Virus record (IMG/VR): IMGVR_UViG_3300030099_006533
Strand: one strand, 5' to 3'
DNA length: 64,000 nt
Source: a virus
The notes beneath the pieces are model-generated. The model was not told where the DNA came from, did no database searches, and saw only the letters and a program-made list of their open reading frames with translations. Shown in pieces: positions 30,526-39,573 of this stretch. A program made the position numbers and the translations under genes. Each line of letters starts with the position of its first letter. Position 1 is the stretch's first letter.

Positions 30526-30838
30526 GCAGCGACGTGCCATGGCTAGCCAGCAAAAGAAGGCCATCAAGAATTCTAAGGGCGCCCAAGATGATGTCGGCGC
30601 CAAGATGGCCTTGTTCGGGCACCTGCCAGATGCGTGCACAGCATGCAACAAGCCCTTTGATAAGAAGGACCAGTCTATGGTTATGTCATGGCACGTCACT
30701 GTTCGTGAGAAAGAAGAGAAAGTAAACTTATACTGCCCTCCTTGTTGGTCGAAAGCCATGGAGGTTGTAAAGCAGCTTCAAGAAGATATGGAAAAGGAAG
30801 AGTTCAGTCATGAGCATCAAAAGCACGCTAACGTATGA
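30515..30838 (+). CDS. Hypothetical zinc-finger protein
   Basis: CTAC..CPPC; probable GTG start at 30515. Confidence 0.5.
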   Translation: MNRKQRRAMASQQKKAIKNSKGAQDDVGAKMALFGHLPDACTACNKPFDKKDQSMVMSWHVTVREKEEKVNLYCPPCWSKAMEVVKQLQEDMEKEEFSHEHQKHANV

Positions 30839-31844
30839 TGATGTATTGTTGGTGCCCAAGTATAGCGACATTAGAAGCCGAAGCGAGATTGATATCTCAA
30901 GCAAACTAGATAGCAACATTACGCTAAGGCTACCAGTCATCGCCAGCCCAATGGATACAGTTAGCGGCTTTGAGATGGCTAGCTATCTTTCGAAGGTCGG
31001 TGGACTAGCCGTCTTGCATCGCTATATGAAGATCACCCAACAGGTAGAAGCAGTATCAAACCTCAAGAAGGAAACTGGTGCGATTGTCGCCGCGGCCATT
31101 GGCACAGGCAAGGAGCATCAAACCCGCGCTCTCTGTCTCGCCTCGGTAGGTGTTGATGTATTGTGCATCGACGTTGCTCATGGCCACCATATTGCTGTTA
31201 AAGAGATCATTGATTGGCTAAGGTCAGACCCGGCCTTTGATCATATTCACATCATGGCCGGCAATGTTGCAACACCGGAAGCCGTAGCAGAACTTGCAAC
31301 CTGGGGAGCCCAGTCTATTCGCATCGGCATCGGCGGCGGTTCCATTTGCTCAACCCGAATCCAGACCGGCCACGGAGTGCCTACCTTACAGTCTGTGATG
31401 GACTGCGCAGCGGTGGCAGACGAATACAACGTTAAACTAATTGCTGACGGTGGGATTAGAAACTCGGGAGACATTGTAAAGTCTTACGCAGCCGGCGCAG
31501 ACTTTGTTATGCTAGGATCTATTCTGGGCGGTACCCACGAGGCCCCCGGCCGAATCATTACAATGGGAGATAGAAAGTACAAAGAATACAGGGGTATGGC
31601 TTCCGCTGCAGCACAGATGGACTGGCGCGGCCGCACAGCCTCTTTGGAGGGCGTATCGAGTATGATTCCCTACAAGGGTCCTGTCGCCCCTATCCTAAGT
31701 CAGCTTGAGAACGGTATCAGAAGCGGGTTCTCATACTCAGGCGCTAGGAACTTCAACGAGTTTCAGCGAGCCGCAAGTATTATTCAGCAGTCCCCCGCCG
31801 GTCAGCTAGAAAGCTCAACTCATATTAAGGTAAGGTATGGCTGA
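30810..31844 (+). CDS. guaB: IMP dehydrogenase/GMP reductase family protein (no CBS domains)
   Basis: LTYDDVLLVP, SPMDTV, IDVAHGH, GIGGGSICSTR, IADGGI, YRGMAS; GuaB vs GuaC not resolvable by eye. Confidence 0.85.
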   Translation: MSIKSTLTYDDVLLVPKYSDIRSRSEIDISSKLDSNITLRLPVIASPMDTVSGFEMASYLSKVGGLAVLHRYMKITQQVEAVSNLKKETGAIVAAAIGTGKEHQTRALCLASVGVDVLCIDVAHGHHIAVKEIIDWLRSDPAFDHIHIMAGNVATPEAVAELATWGAQSIRIGIGGGSICSTRIQTGHGVPTLQSVMDCAAVADEYNVKLIADGGIRNSGDIVKSYAAGADFVMLGSILGGTHEAPGRIITMGDRKYKEYRGMASAAAQMDWRGRTASLEGVSSMIPYKGPVAPILSQLENGIRSGFSYSGARNFNEFQRAASIIQQSPAGQLESSTHIKVRYG

Positions 31845-32175
31845 GAATGACGATTACGGTGTCAACGATAAGAAGATAATGTTCTATGACACCGACAAGC
31901 GGCATGCCGATTTAAAAATCAGGCTGCACCATGATGGATTAACGCAATCGGGTTTTTTCCGCATGCTCATCACAGGATACCTAGAGCAAGATTCTGAGCT
32001 TATGTCCTACATTGACAGGTACAAAGAAGAGAACGAAGTTCAAAGCAAGGCAAAACGAAAAAAGATTAATAAAATGATGACCAAAGGCAGAGAGTTGGAA
32101 TCCTCTCATGGTCTCAAAGACAGTGAAGTCGAGAGCATTTTCGACTTGATTCAACAGGAGCACCCGGAGTTATGA
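31837..32175 (+). CDS. Putative ribbon-helix-helix DNA-binding protein
   Basis: KKIMFYD strand, helix, G, TQSGFFRMLI helix. Confidence 0.45.
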   Translation: MAENDDYGVNDKKIMFYDTDKRHADLKIRLHHDGLTQSGFFRMLITGYLEQDSELMSYIDRYKEENEVQSKAKRKKINKMMTKGRELESSHGLKDSEVESIFDLIQQEHPEL

Positions 32176-32450
32176 TGTCGAACGAAAGAGTCGGAAGAGT
32201 TGTGTTACAGAACAAAAACGGCGTCGTCAGATACGGCGTCGTCACAACTGAAAAAATTAAACAAGATGGCTGGTTGTATTACACGATCTACTGGATTAGT
32301 AAGACCAGCGGCGAGTCCCCATGGATGAAGCAGATTGAATGGAGGCATGACAAGCTGCATCTTATTGATGAAGACAGGCATCTCTATGACCTACAAACTG
32401 CGATGCAATTTGGTAAGTCTAGAAAATTTACTGAAGAAGGTAATTTATAA
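32172..32450 (+). CDS. Hypothetical protein (SH3-like)
   Basis: Coupled ORF; RYGVVTTEK..YTIYW. Confidence 0.45.
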   Translation: MMSNERVGRVVLQNKNGVVRYGVVTTEKIKQDGWLYYTIYWISKTSGESPWMKQIEWRHDKLHLIDEDRHLYDLQTAMQFGKSRKFTEEGNL

Positions 32451-32719
32451 TGGCTAAGATTAAACATAAGCAGACAGAACCATCTTGTGGAGCATGGAAA
32501 CATTTAGTAGATGAGAACAAGGTATGCAATCAGAAAAACTGTCGATTATGGATTGACTATCCAGAGGACAGAAACTGTACAAATGTTACAGTTTACGAGC
32601 ACGGCAATATAACTTTAGCAGAAACAGCAAAAAGACTTGGCATCTCACTATCTAGAGTAAAGCAGATTGAGCAAGCGGCTTTGGCTAAGCTTAAAAAGAG
32701 AAAGATTTTTGATTTTTAG
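32450..32719 (+). CDS. Stand-alone sigma70 region-4-like HTH protein with Cys-rich N-terminus
   Basis: ITLAETAKRLGISLSRVKQIEQAALAKLK aligns to sigma 4.2 TLEEVG..TRERIRQIEAKALRKL. Confidence 0.75.
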   Translation: MAKIKHKQTEPSCGAWKHLVDENKVCNQKNCRLWIDYPEDRNCTNVTVYEHGNITLAETAKRLGISLSRVKQIEQAALAKLKKRKIFDF

Positions 32720-32749
32720 ATACACGAAAAGCATTTAACAAAAGTATGC

Positions 32750-32759
32750 ACTATTTATA
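32750..32759 (+). promoter_or_regulatory. Candidate late-promoter motif ACTATTTATA
   Basis: Identical to 26465 and 40949. Confidence 0.45.
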
Positions 32760-32831
32760 AGTGTTGATTTGGGTATTATATTAATACGCTTGTTTTCATA
32801 ATTTATTATATACACGGGAGATTCATTTAAA

Positions 32832-33458
32832 ATGAGCAAGAAAACACTTCTTAACGAGACTCAGGTCCGCAGATTCATGAAGCTGGCCAACGTTGGAACA
32901 CTAACCGATGGTTTTGTCAGCAACCTTTCAGAGGCTGGCTATTTTGATAATCCGCTAGCCGAGGAGGAAGAAGAGCTTCCCGGCGAGGATGATGAGGGCA
33001 TGGGTGCTCTCGACGCCGCCGCACCTGAAGATGAAGAGGGCCCCATGGACGACGAACCCATGGACATGGATGAGCCTGCAATGGATGATGCTGTTGGCGA
33101 CGAGATGTCTCCCGAAGTCGTAGCCAAAGTTGAAGATATCCTTGGCCACATGCTTGGTGCCGCAGTTGACGCTGTTAAAGAAAAGGTGCCCGAAGCTGAT
33201 CTGTCTATTGATGACGGTAGCGATATGGACGACTTGGATGCGATGCCCCCGGCTGAAGAGCCAATGGATGCCATGGGTGACGAAGAGGAGCCCATGGGCG
33301 ACATGGATGCCATGGGTGATGAAGAGGACGACATGCCGGCCGATCTCGATGACGAAGCCATGGGCGGTCGTTACATGGAGGAGTCAGCCTCCGGTGATGC
33401 CGAATTGGTTGAGGCAATCGTAAAGCGAGTTGCCGCCCGCCTCCGCGAACTAACGTAA
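32832..33458 (+). CDS. Highly acidic protein (scaffold/internal protein-like)
   Basis: D/E/M/P-rich repeats (MDAMGDEEE); LLNETQVRRFMKLA N-terminus. Confidence 0.45.
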   Translation: MSKKTLLNETQVRRFMKLANVGTLTDGFVSNLSEAGYFDNPLAEEEEELPGEDDEGMGALDAAAPEDEEGPMDDEPMDMDEPAMDDAVGDEMSPEVVAKVEDILGHMLGAAVDAVKEKVPEADLSIDDGSDMDDLDAMPPAEEPMDAMGDEEEPMGDMDAMGDEEDDMPADLDDEAMGGRYMEESASGDAELVEAIVKRVAARLRELT

Positions 33459-33483
33459 TTAGTTTACACACATACACATGATT

Positions 33484-33513
33484 CAAGGGCCGCAACAGCG
33501 GCCTTTGTTTTTT
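33484..33513 (+). terminator. Rho-independent terminator
   Basis: CAAGGGCCGC-AACA-GCGGCCTTTG stem followed by T-run. Confidence 0.7.
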
Positions 33514-33592
33514 ATGAATTTTAAAAACTCAAGGACTAATTACTACAGGTGCGCTAAAACGCCTCACAGCAATATAATCGGGATTACAAAAA

Positions 33593-34285
33593 ATGTCAAA
33601 AGAAAAAGAAATGATAGAACAAGCAGTTGCACTTACAGAAACCGAAGAAGATGATTCGTCTAAGAGTAAGATTTTTATCATGCCCCCTATCGGAGGCCTG
33701 CTCGGCGGCTCGGGCCGCCCAGCGCCAAGAATCGTAAGACTGTTCGGTGAAGTTAATGACGAACAGAGCGAGAGAATAATTGATGAACTCATGACACTTG
33801 CAGACACGGCTGAGGAGTTGGTCCCCAAAGACCCACAAGACCCAGAATGTAAAGACATGGAGCGGGTGATTCACGAGATTGACTTTTTGATCTCAACTTA
33901 CGGTGGCAATGCCGATGACATGTTCGCAATTTACGATTTCATGAAAAAGTTTAGGGACTTTGTCCCAATTCACACAGCCGGCGTCGGTAAAGTAATGTCC
34001 GCTGGCGTTCTGCTTCTTGCTGCAGGTACTAAAGGAGAGCGAAGAATTGGCAAAAACACTCGTGTCATGATTCACCATGTCGCCGGCGGCATCGCGGGCT
34101 CCCTACCTTCTATGGAAGCAGACTTAGACTCCATCAAGGCGATGGAAGATCGCTACATTGATGTAATGATTTCAGAGACTAAATTTACAAAAAGAACTTT
34201 GCGTAAATTGTTAGATAGAAGAGTGAACATCTATTTATCTGCAGAAGAAGCGATTGAATACGGAATTGCAGATAAACTTATTTAG
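33593..34285 (+). CDS. clpP: ClpP-like protease
   Basis: ISTYGG, MSAGVLLLAAG (Ser), MIHH (His), YLSAEEAIEYGIAD. Confidence 0.9.
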   Translation: MSKEKEMIEQAVALTETEEDDSSKSKIFIMPPIGGLLGGSGRPAPRIVRLFGEVNDEQSERIIDELMTLADTAEELVPKDPQDPECKDMERVIHEIDFLISTYGGNADDMFAIYDFMKKFRDFVPIHTAGVGKVMSAGVLLLAAGTKGERRIGKNTRVMIHHVAGGIAGSLPSMEADLDSIKAMEDRYIDVMISETKFTKRTLRKLLDRRVNIYLSAEEAIEYGIADKLI

Positions 34286-34295
34286 GAAAAAAGAT

Positions 34296-34916
34296 ATGGC
34301 CAAAATTAGAGGATTCCACGCAGAAGTTATAAAGGAAAGATATCGAAAAATTATAGAGAAAAAAGGCTATAAATTTTTTGACAGTGATGTACCATATAAC
34401 GTAAACATTATCGGGGTTAGAAACATGCATGGCCAAGTAAATAAGTTTGATGATCTAATTCTTGTTATTTACCGAGATTCGTACAAAAGATGGATCGTAG
34501 ATTCTTATCAAGCAACAACAGACCCCGGTCTCTACTGGCTCAAGAAGCCAATGAACGTGGATGGAACAGCTATTTTATGCCCCGGCCAGTATAGAGGTTC
34601 CCACAAGATCGACAAACACCAAGGCAAATACGAAGCCCTCTGCCAACGAGGCGCCGAAGTGACTGTCTGGCGTGATGCAGACAGGGACGCAAGACACGAT
34701 ATGGATGATTCATCTAAGCAAACAGGCTGGTTTGGAATCAATCTTCACAAGGCTGGTAGAGCATCTATTCGTGTTGATAAGTGGTCAGCCGGCTGTCAAG
34801 TTTTTAAAAACGACAGTGATTTCAAGGGTTTCATGCAAACAATGAATGAGGCTGCCAAAAGATTGGGCAACTCATTTACTTACACACTCATCGAAAGTAC
34901 AGACGTAGAGGATTAA
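34296..34916 (+). CDS. YkuD/L,D-transpeptidase-like cell-wall enzyme (possible lysin)
   Basis: FDD..TTDPG..GINLHKAG..WSAGCQVF His/Cys motif. Confidence 0.55.
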   Translation: MAKIRGFHAEVIKERYRKIIEKKGYKFFDSDVPYNVNIIGVRNMHGQVNKFDDLILVIYRDSYKRWIVDSYQATTDPGLYWLKKPMNVDGTAILCPGQYRGSHKIDKHQGKYEALCQRGAEVTVWRDADRDARHDMDDSSKQTGWFGINLHKAGRASIRVDKWSAGCQVFKNDSDFKGFMQTMNEAAKRLGNSFTYTLIESTDVED

Positions 34917-34918
34917 AG

Positions 34919-36583
34919 ATGTCAGACTTTGACAAATTAGTAGAAGGTTTCTTAAGGCCGCGACAAAAATTAGATTTTGATAGACTAACCTCCTTGGTAG
35001 AGGAAGTCATTAGTGAATGGAAGGTAGAGCCACTAAACGAAGAAGCTCCAGCAGGCGGCCGCTTCAGTGTTCATATTCCGATTCCAAAGTTGGTTCCAAC
35101 AGAAGCTTGGGGTGACCCCAACTCAATGGCACGCGAAGAGATCGACAAGGTGTTCTCAGCGATTAGACGCCAAGGCTCCATTAAGGATCGTATTGCCCAT
35201 GTTAACTCATTCCTTGACGCTGAGCAGGCCCTAAAGAAGGCTCCCGGTGGCAAGGTAAACACGCTGCTTAGCATGATGCAGATTATTGAGTCCTTGCAGG
35301 CTACCCTAAACGACTTCAACGAGTCCTCCGCTGGATTCGTTTTCGAAGGTTTTATGGCTGCACTGACCCAAGGTCGCCAGGAAGCGGGTCGTGTTGGCGG
35401 CACACTACCGATTGAGGACTTTATCACTGGTGACGACCGCAACGTCAGCCTGAAGCTCCTAGGCCCCACTACGCCGATTCATGGTAGCTTCACTAACTTG
35501 GTTGACTACCTGTTTATTCGCGGTGGATCCGGTGTGCCTTCCATTGATTATCTCGTTGCCTACAAGGACAAGGAGGGCGACAATGTGTCGCGTCTCGGTA
35601 TCTGGGAGTTTGAGGTTAACAGGGATAATCTCGTAGATATGCTTTCACAAACTGGTAAAAAGAACGCAGGCCTTCTCGGAAAGATGGCACAGCCGCTAAA
35701 GCAGCATATTGCCAACTGGCAAGATTCTCCCGAGTGGCGAGTGCAAATGGCTCAGATTTTACAACAAACCCCTGGCTATACTTGGCCCCGCGGCATGTTT
35801 AACAAGAACCTTGACAGCTCCGGTGCTTTTGACGCAAAAGACCCCACAGATGAGCCATCAGCTGACGTTGGCAGATCGGCTAAGTTTGATAGTATGGCCG
35901 CCAGGGGCGCAAGAGTAAACTTGTACCACTCTGCCAGGACTGCTGGATTTGAACACTCCAGAGAGAACGGCCCAGATTTTGAATCTTGGTGGGCTAACAT
36001 TTCATACGAGGATAAATACAAAATGGGCCTTGCTTCTGGTTCTAAAGTAGAAAGAACTCGCGTAAAGAAGGATGCCGAGATTGGTGCTAAAATTAAAGAA
36101 AAGTACTTTGATGCTGGTGTAGAAGAGGCCGAGGCCACAATGGTTGGCAATGACGAGACAGACCAGTTAACGCAGCAAGCCCCGGTCACCGAATCTTACT
36201 TTGGTCACTTCCACGAAAGAGAGAAGCAATTGATGGCAGAGGAGAGTGCCCTAATGGAAGGCGGAAAAGGCGGCGATGCCGGCTCGCAATGGGGGCTAAC
36301 CGGAACCCATATTTCAGATCTCACCTCGCTTCTAAACACAGACTATTATGGAGAGATCAACCTTTCTAGCGACAACATTGAAGCTGTTGCCAAGATCTAT
36401 ATTGAAAAGCTTGGCGAGGACATGATGACTCTGCTTCAAACAACAAAAGAATTCTCAGAAAATATTGGAGTTTACTTTACAGCAGAGGACCGCACCAGAG
36501 GCGCCGAGGCTAGCCGCCAAGCACAGGACCAAGGAAAGGCGATTGTCTCCTCTCTTGCTGAGCGCAAAGAAGACACAGAATAA
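34919..36583 (+). CDS. Hypothetical protein, possibly virion-internal with nuclease-like motif
   Basis: GFVFEGF..PIEDF..VSLKL; LxE-type putative cleavage sites. Confidence 0.35.
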   Translation: MSDFDKLVEGFLRPRQKLDFDRLTSLVEEVISEWKVEPLNEEAPAGGRFSVHIPIPKLVPTEAWGDPNSMAREEIDKVFSAIRRQGSIKDRIAHVNSFLDAEQALKKAPGGKVNTLLSMMQIIESLQATLNDFNESSAGFVFEGFMAALTQGRQEAGRVGGTLPIEDFITGDDRNVSLKLLGPTTPIHGSFTNLVDYLFIRGGSGVPSIDYLVAYKDKEGDNVSRLGIWEFEVNRDNLVDMLSQTGKKNAGLLGKMAQPLKQHIANWQDSPEWRVQMAQILQQTPGYTWPRGMFNKNLDSSGAFDAKDPTDEPSADVGRSAKFDSMAARGARVNLYHSARTAGFEHSRENGPDFESWWANISYEDKYKMGLASGSKVERTRVKKDAEIGAKIKEKYFDAGVEEAEATMVGNDETDQLTQQAPVTESYFGHFHEREKQLMAEESALMEGGKGGDAGSQWGLTGTHISDLTSLLNTDYYGEINLSSDNIEAVAKIYIEKLGEDMMTLLQTTKEFSENIGVYFTAEDRTRGAEASRQAQDQGKAIVSSLAERKEDTE

Positions 36584-36597
36584 TTTACTAAATTTAG

Positions 36598-36626
36598 TTG
36601 CAAGTCTCGCAACACTAGGTTATAAT
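36598..36626 (+). promoter_or_regulatory. sigma70-type promoter for groEL
   Basis: TTGCAA-17bp-TATAAT. Confidence 0.65.
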
Positions 36627-36650
36627 GTATAAAAGACAACGGAGGAATAA

Positions 36651-38228
36651 TTGTCAACATTCAGCTATGATTCAAAAACTACACTTCGTGAGAAGATTCT
36701 TAACGGAGTAAACACACTGGCCGATAACGTGGCCACAACCCTAGGACCAAAAGGTCGAAATGTAATCTTACAAGAAAAGGACAAACCCCCGTTCATCACG
36801 AAGGACGGTGTTACAGTAGCACAATTTGTTCATCTTGAAGATCACTTTGAGAATGCCGCCGCCCAGATTATTAAGCAGGCTGCTATCGAAACCAATACGC
36901 ACGCCGGAGATGGCACCACTACAGCAACGGTACTATCACGGGATATCCTTAGAAATGCTCAAGGGTATCTTGCTGCTGGCTCATCGCCTGTAGAGCTTAA
37001 GCGAGGTCTGGACAGGGCAGCAAAGGTTGCTGTTGAGCACCTTCGCGAAGTAGCCACGCCGGTAAAGACCATCGCTGACGTCGAACACATCGCAACAATT
37101 TCAGCAAACAACGATAAGTTTATTGGCAAGCTCGTAGCCACTGCTGTTGATAAAGTAGGCAATGACGGATCGATTACTATCGAAGAGTCGAGAACGATGG
37201 AGACTTATGTTGATATTATGGAAGGCTTTCGATTTGATTCGGGCTACCGAGCCGGCGCATTCGTAACTGACGAGCGCCGCGGCACCATGAACTATAATAA
37301 CCCGCTGATTATGGTAACAGACTATAAGGTTGAAATGGTTGATGAGATCTTGCCGGTCCTAGAACTGGCAGCCCGAGAGTCCCGACCACTGATTATTGTC
37401 GCGGACGACATCGAAGGTCAGGCCTTGTCTGCTCTTATTATGAATACAATGCGCGGCTCCCTAAAGGTAGCAGCTATCAAGGCCCCTCGTTACGGCCAAG
37501 AACGCCGTGATATGCTGGCTGACCTTGCGCTGTCCGTTGGCGCAAATCTGATTACTCGCGCAAAGGGCATGAAGCTAAAAGAGACAAAGCTGACAGATCT
37601 GGGCACCGCCAAGACTATTGAGGCAACGAAAACACACACCACAATTGTTGGCGGTCAGGCTGACTATGAAGCCATTGAAGTGCAGATCGCTCGCCTCAAG
37701 GAAGAGATCAAGAACGAAGAATCGATGCAGCTTTGCGATGCTATGCAGCAGCGCATCACGCGTCTGGCTTCTGGCGTGGCGGTGATTCATGTCGGAGCGC
37801 CCACACAAGTTGAAATGATTGAAAAGAAGCATCGTATTGAAGATGCTCTTGAAGCTGTAAAGTCTGCACAAATTGATGGCATCGTTCCAGGCGGCGGCAC
37901 CGCTTTATTGCGCACCGCAGCCGAGATTGAAAACAATATCGAGACAGATAATGAAGATCAGCAGAGAGGTGTAGAGATTCTCTTGCGCGCCATGACTGGT
38001 CCTATTCGACAAATGTCTATCAATGCCGGCCTCAGCGCCGACTTGATTGTTAATCAGGTTTCCTCTGAACCAGCCCCAATGGGATGTAACTTCCGAACCC
38101 TAGAGAAGACCAACCTTTTAAAGGCAGGAATTATAGATCCGGTTAAGGTCACCACAACTGCACTGCAGAATGCAGTATCCGCCGCTGGGACTCTGATTAC
38201 GACAAATTATGCCATCATTCAAAGCTGA
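36651..38228 (+). CDS. groEL: Chaperonin GroEL
   Basis: TLGPKGRNV, ITKDGVTVA, AGDGTTTATV, GIVPGGG, GIIDPVKV; TTG start with SD GGAGG. Confidence 0.97.
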   Translation: MSTFSYDSKTTLREKILNGVNTLADNVATTLGPKGRNVILQEKDKPPFITKDGVTVAQFVHLEDHFENAAAQIIKQAAIETNTHAGDGTTTATVLSRDILRNAQGYLAAGSSPVELKRGLDRAAKVAVEHLREVATPVKTIADVEHIATISANNDKFIGKLVATAVDKVGNDGSITIEESRTMETYVDIMEGFRFDSGYRAGAFVTDERRGTMNYNNPLIMVTDYKVEMVDEILPVLELAARESRPLIIVADDIEGQALSALIMNTMRGSLKVAAIKAPRYGQERRDMLADLALSVGANLITRAKGMKLKETKLTDLGTAKTIEATKTHTTIVGGQADYEAIEVQIARLKEEIKNEESMQLCDAMQQRITRLASGVAVIHVGAPTQVEMIEKKHRIEDALEAVKSAQIDGIVPGGGTALLRTAAEIENNIETDNEDQQRGVEILLRAMTGPIRQMSINAGLSADLIVNQVSSEPAPMGCNFRTLEKTNLLKAGIIDPVKVTTTALQNAVSAAGTLITTNYAIIQS

Positions 38229-38257
38229 ACTAGATCGGCGGACTACTTACAGAAGCC

Positions 38258-38563
38258 ATGACAGATGAAATGCCAGACATCAAGGACGTCAAGAATGAGA
38301 TCGAGTTAGATCTTATGACCCTTGACACGAAGCTGCAAAGACTTGTAGATGCAGTAGAAGTTGTAAAGGGTCGCCAGGAACAAATGGCTCTTGATATCTC
38401 CAAGATTAAAGAAGCAGTTTATAACCCCGACCAAGGTCTTTATGCTCGTCTGCGCGCCCTAGAGGCTTGGAAAGATACAAGCGCTCGTCTGACATGGATC
38501 ATTGTAACTTCTATCCTCGGTCTCACAACGGCTACGTTGTGGAATATGCTAATCGGCTCATAA
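38258..38563 (+). CDS. Coiled-coil protein with C-terminal TM helix (holin/XhlA-like)
   Basis: Heptad helix, RLRALE, then WIIVTSILGLTTATLW. Confidence 0.45.
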   Translation: MTDEMPDIKDVKNEIELDLMTLDTKLQRLVDAVEVVKGRQEQMALDISKIKEAVYNPDQGLYARLRALEAWKDTSARLTWIIVTSILGLTTATLWNMLIGS

Positions 38564-38569
38564 AAATAT

Positions 38570-38598
38570 TTGACATTCCTATCACAGGGTGTTATTAT
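38570..38598 (+). promoter_or_regulatory. sigma70-type promoter
   Basis: TTGACA-17bp-TATTAT. Confidence 0.65.
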
Positions 38599-38626
38599 AT
38601 ATCATATATTAAGCACAGGAGGGTGC

Positions 38627-39025
38627 ATGAACAAACAACAACAAAGAGTAAATATTCAGTATTCCGTAAACCTTGAGGAGGTTCCTTCGGTGTTGCTGAA
38701 ACTGGCTACAGGTGCTATCAAAAAGCTATCTACTGTGGCTACAACTTCAGGTCATGTCGTTGGTGAGCTTACGGAACACACTTACGATAATCCACAAGAG
38801 GCTGCAAGGCAGATTGATAATATCCGACGAGCATTGGCCGACATCGACTATAGATTGTCAGAGTGTCAGTCGATGTATACGTCTCTGTCACAGCTGGATG
38901 AGTCAGGTCACCCCCCACAAAACCCCACAGAACAACTGGACACCACCGCCGCTACCGAGGCCTTGCGAGAGATGATGGCTTCACAGGTGCCAAGCGTGGC
39001 CGATCAAGGAACTACAGATGAGTAA
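38627..39025 (+). CDS. Hypothetical protein
   Basis: SD AGGAGG before ATG 38627. Confidence 0.55.
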   Translation: MNKQQQRVNIQYSVNLEEVPSVLLKLATGAIKKLSTVATTSGHVVGELTEHTYDNPQEAARQIDNIRRALADIDYRLSECQSMYTSLSQLDESGHPPQNPTEQLDTTAATEALREMMASQVPSVADQGTTDE

Positions 39026-39260
39026 GGATGCTTGGCCGACCTCTGGTGATTTGGTATATGTCCCATCAGAAGTCAACCTTGTGCGGCATGTGTGCCACAC
39101 CAACGGCCCAGTCGTCAAAGACTATCTAAGACTAAAAACTCCTGCAACAATGTTAGTGTCATCTAGCCGAGTAGGCTCTAATTTTGTAGAAGTTATCTAT
39201 CGCGGAACCAAATGGAACGTCGATAAAAGAGAAACATACCCAGTAAACAATGAATACTAA
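39018..39260 (+). CDS. Small SH3/KOW-like protein
   Basis: PTSGDLVYV start. Confidence 0.45.
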   Translation: MSKDAWPTSGDLVYVPSEVNLVRHVCHTNGPVVKDYLRLKTPATMLVSSSRVGSNFVEVIYRGTKWNVDKRETYPVNNEY

Positions 39261-39270
39261 AGGAAAAGAA

Positions 39271-39573
39271 ATGAATAATCAAGTTGTAAGGTTTGTAGAG
39301 ATTGTACAAAACAATTCGTCCACCGGCTCTCGGTATTTTTTGCAAGAAGTGTTTATTAACCCCAATCACATTGTGTATATTCGCAACGCTTCTGGCCTCA
39401 AGCAGGCCCTGACCGAGGGGCAAATGCCTGCTGATCTAGACAGCCGTCAAGAGTTTAGCACAATCCACCTGAGCCGCGGCACTTCCGGGGTAGATATCAA
39501 TGTAATCGGAACCCCCGGCGCCGTCCGAGAGAAGCTAGGAATCGGCGCCCAGCAGGAGCTTCTGCGAGGATAA
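39271..39573 (+). CDS. Hypothetical protein
   Basis: In operon; EVFINPNHIVYIR. Confidence 0.5.
   Translation: MNNQVVRFVEIVQNNSSTGSRYFLQEVFINPNHIVYIRNASGLKQALTEGQMPADLDSRQEFSTIHLSRGTSGVDINVIGTPGAVREKLGIGAQQELLRG

Noticed and set aside
32939-33361. Ser-rich minus-strand ORF that looks like a repeat protein
   Set aside because: Reverse-frame product of the GAY/GAR-rich acidic gene at 32832
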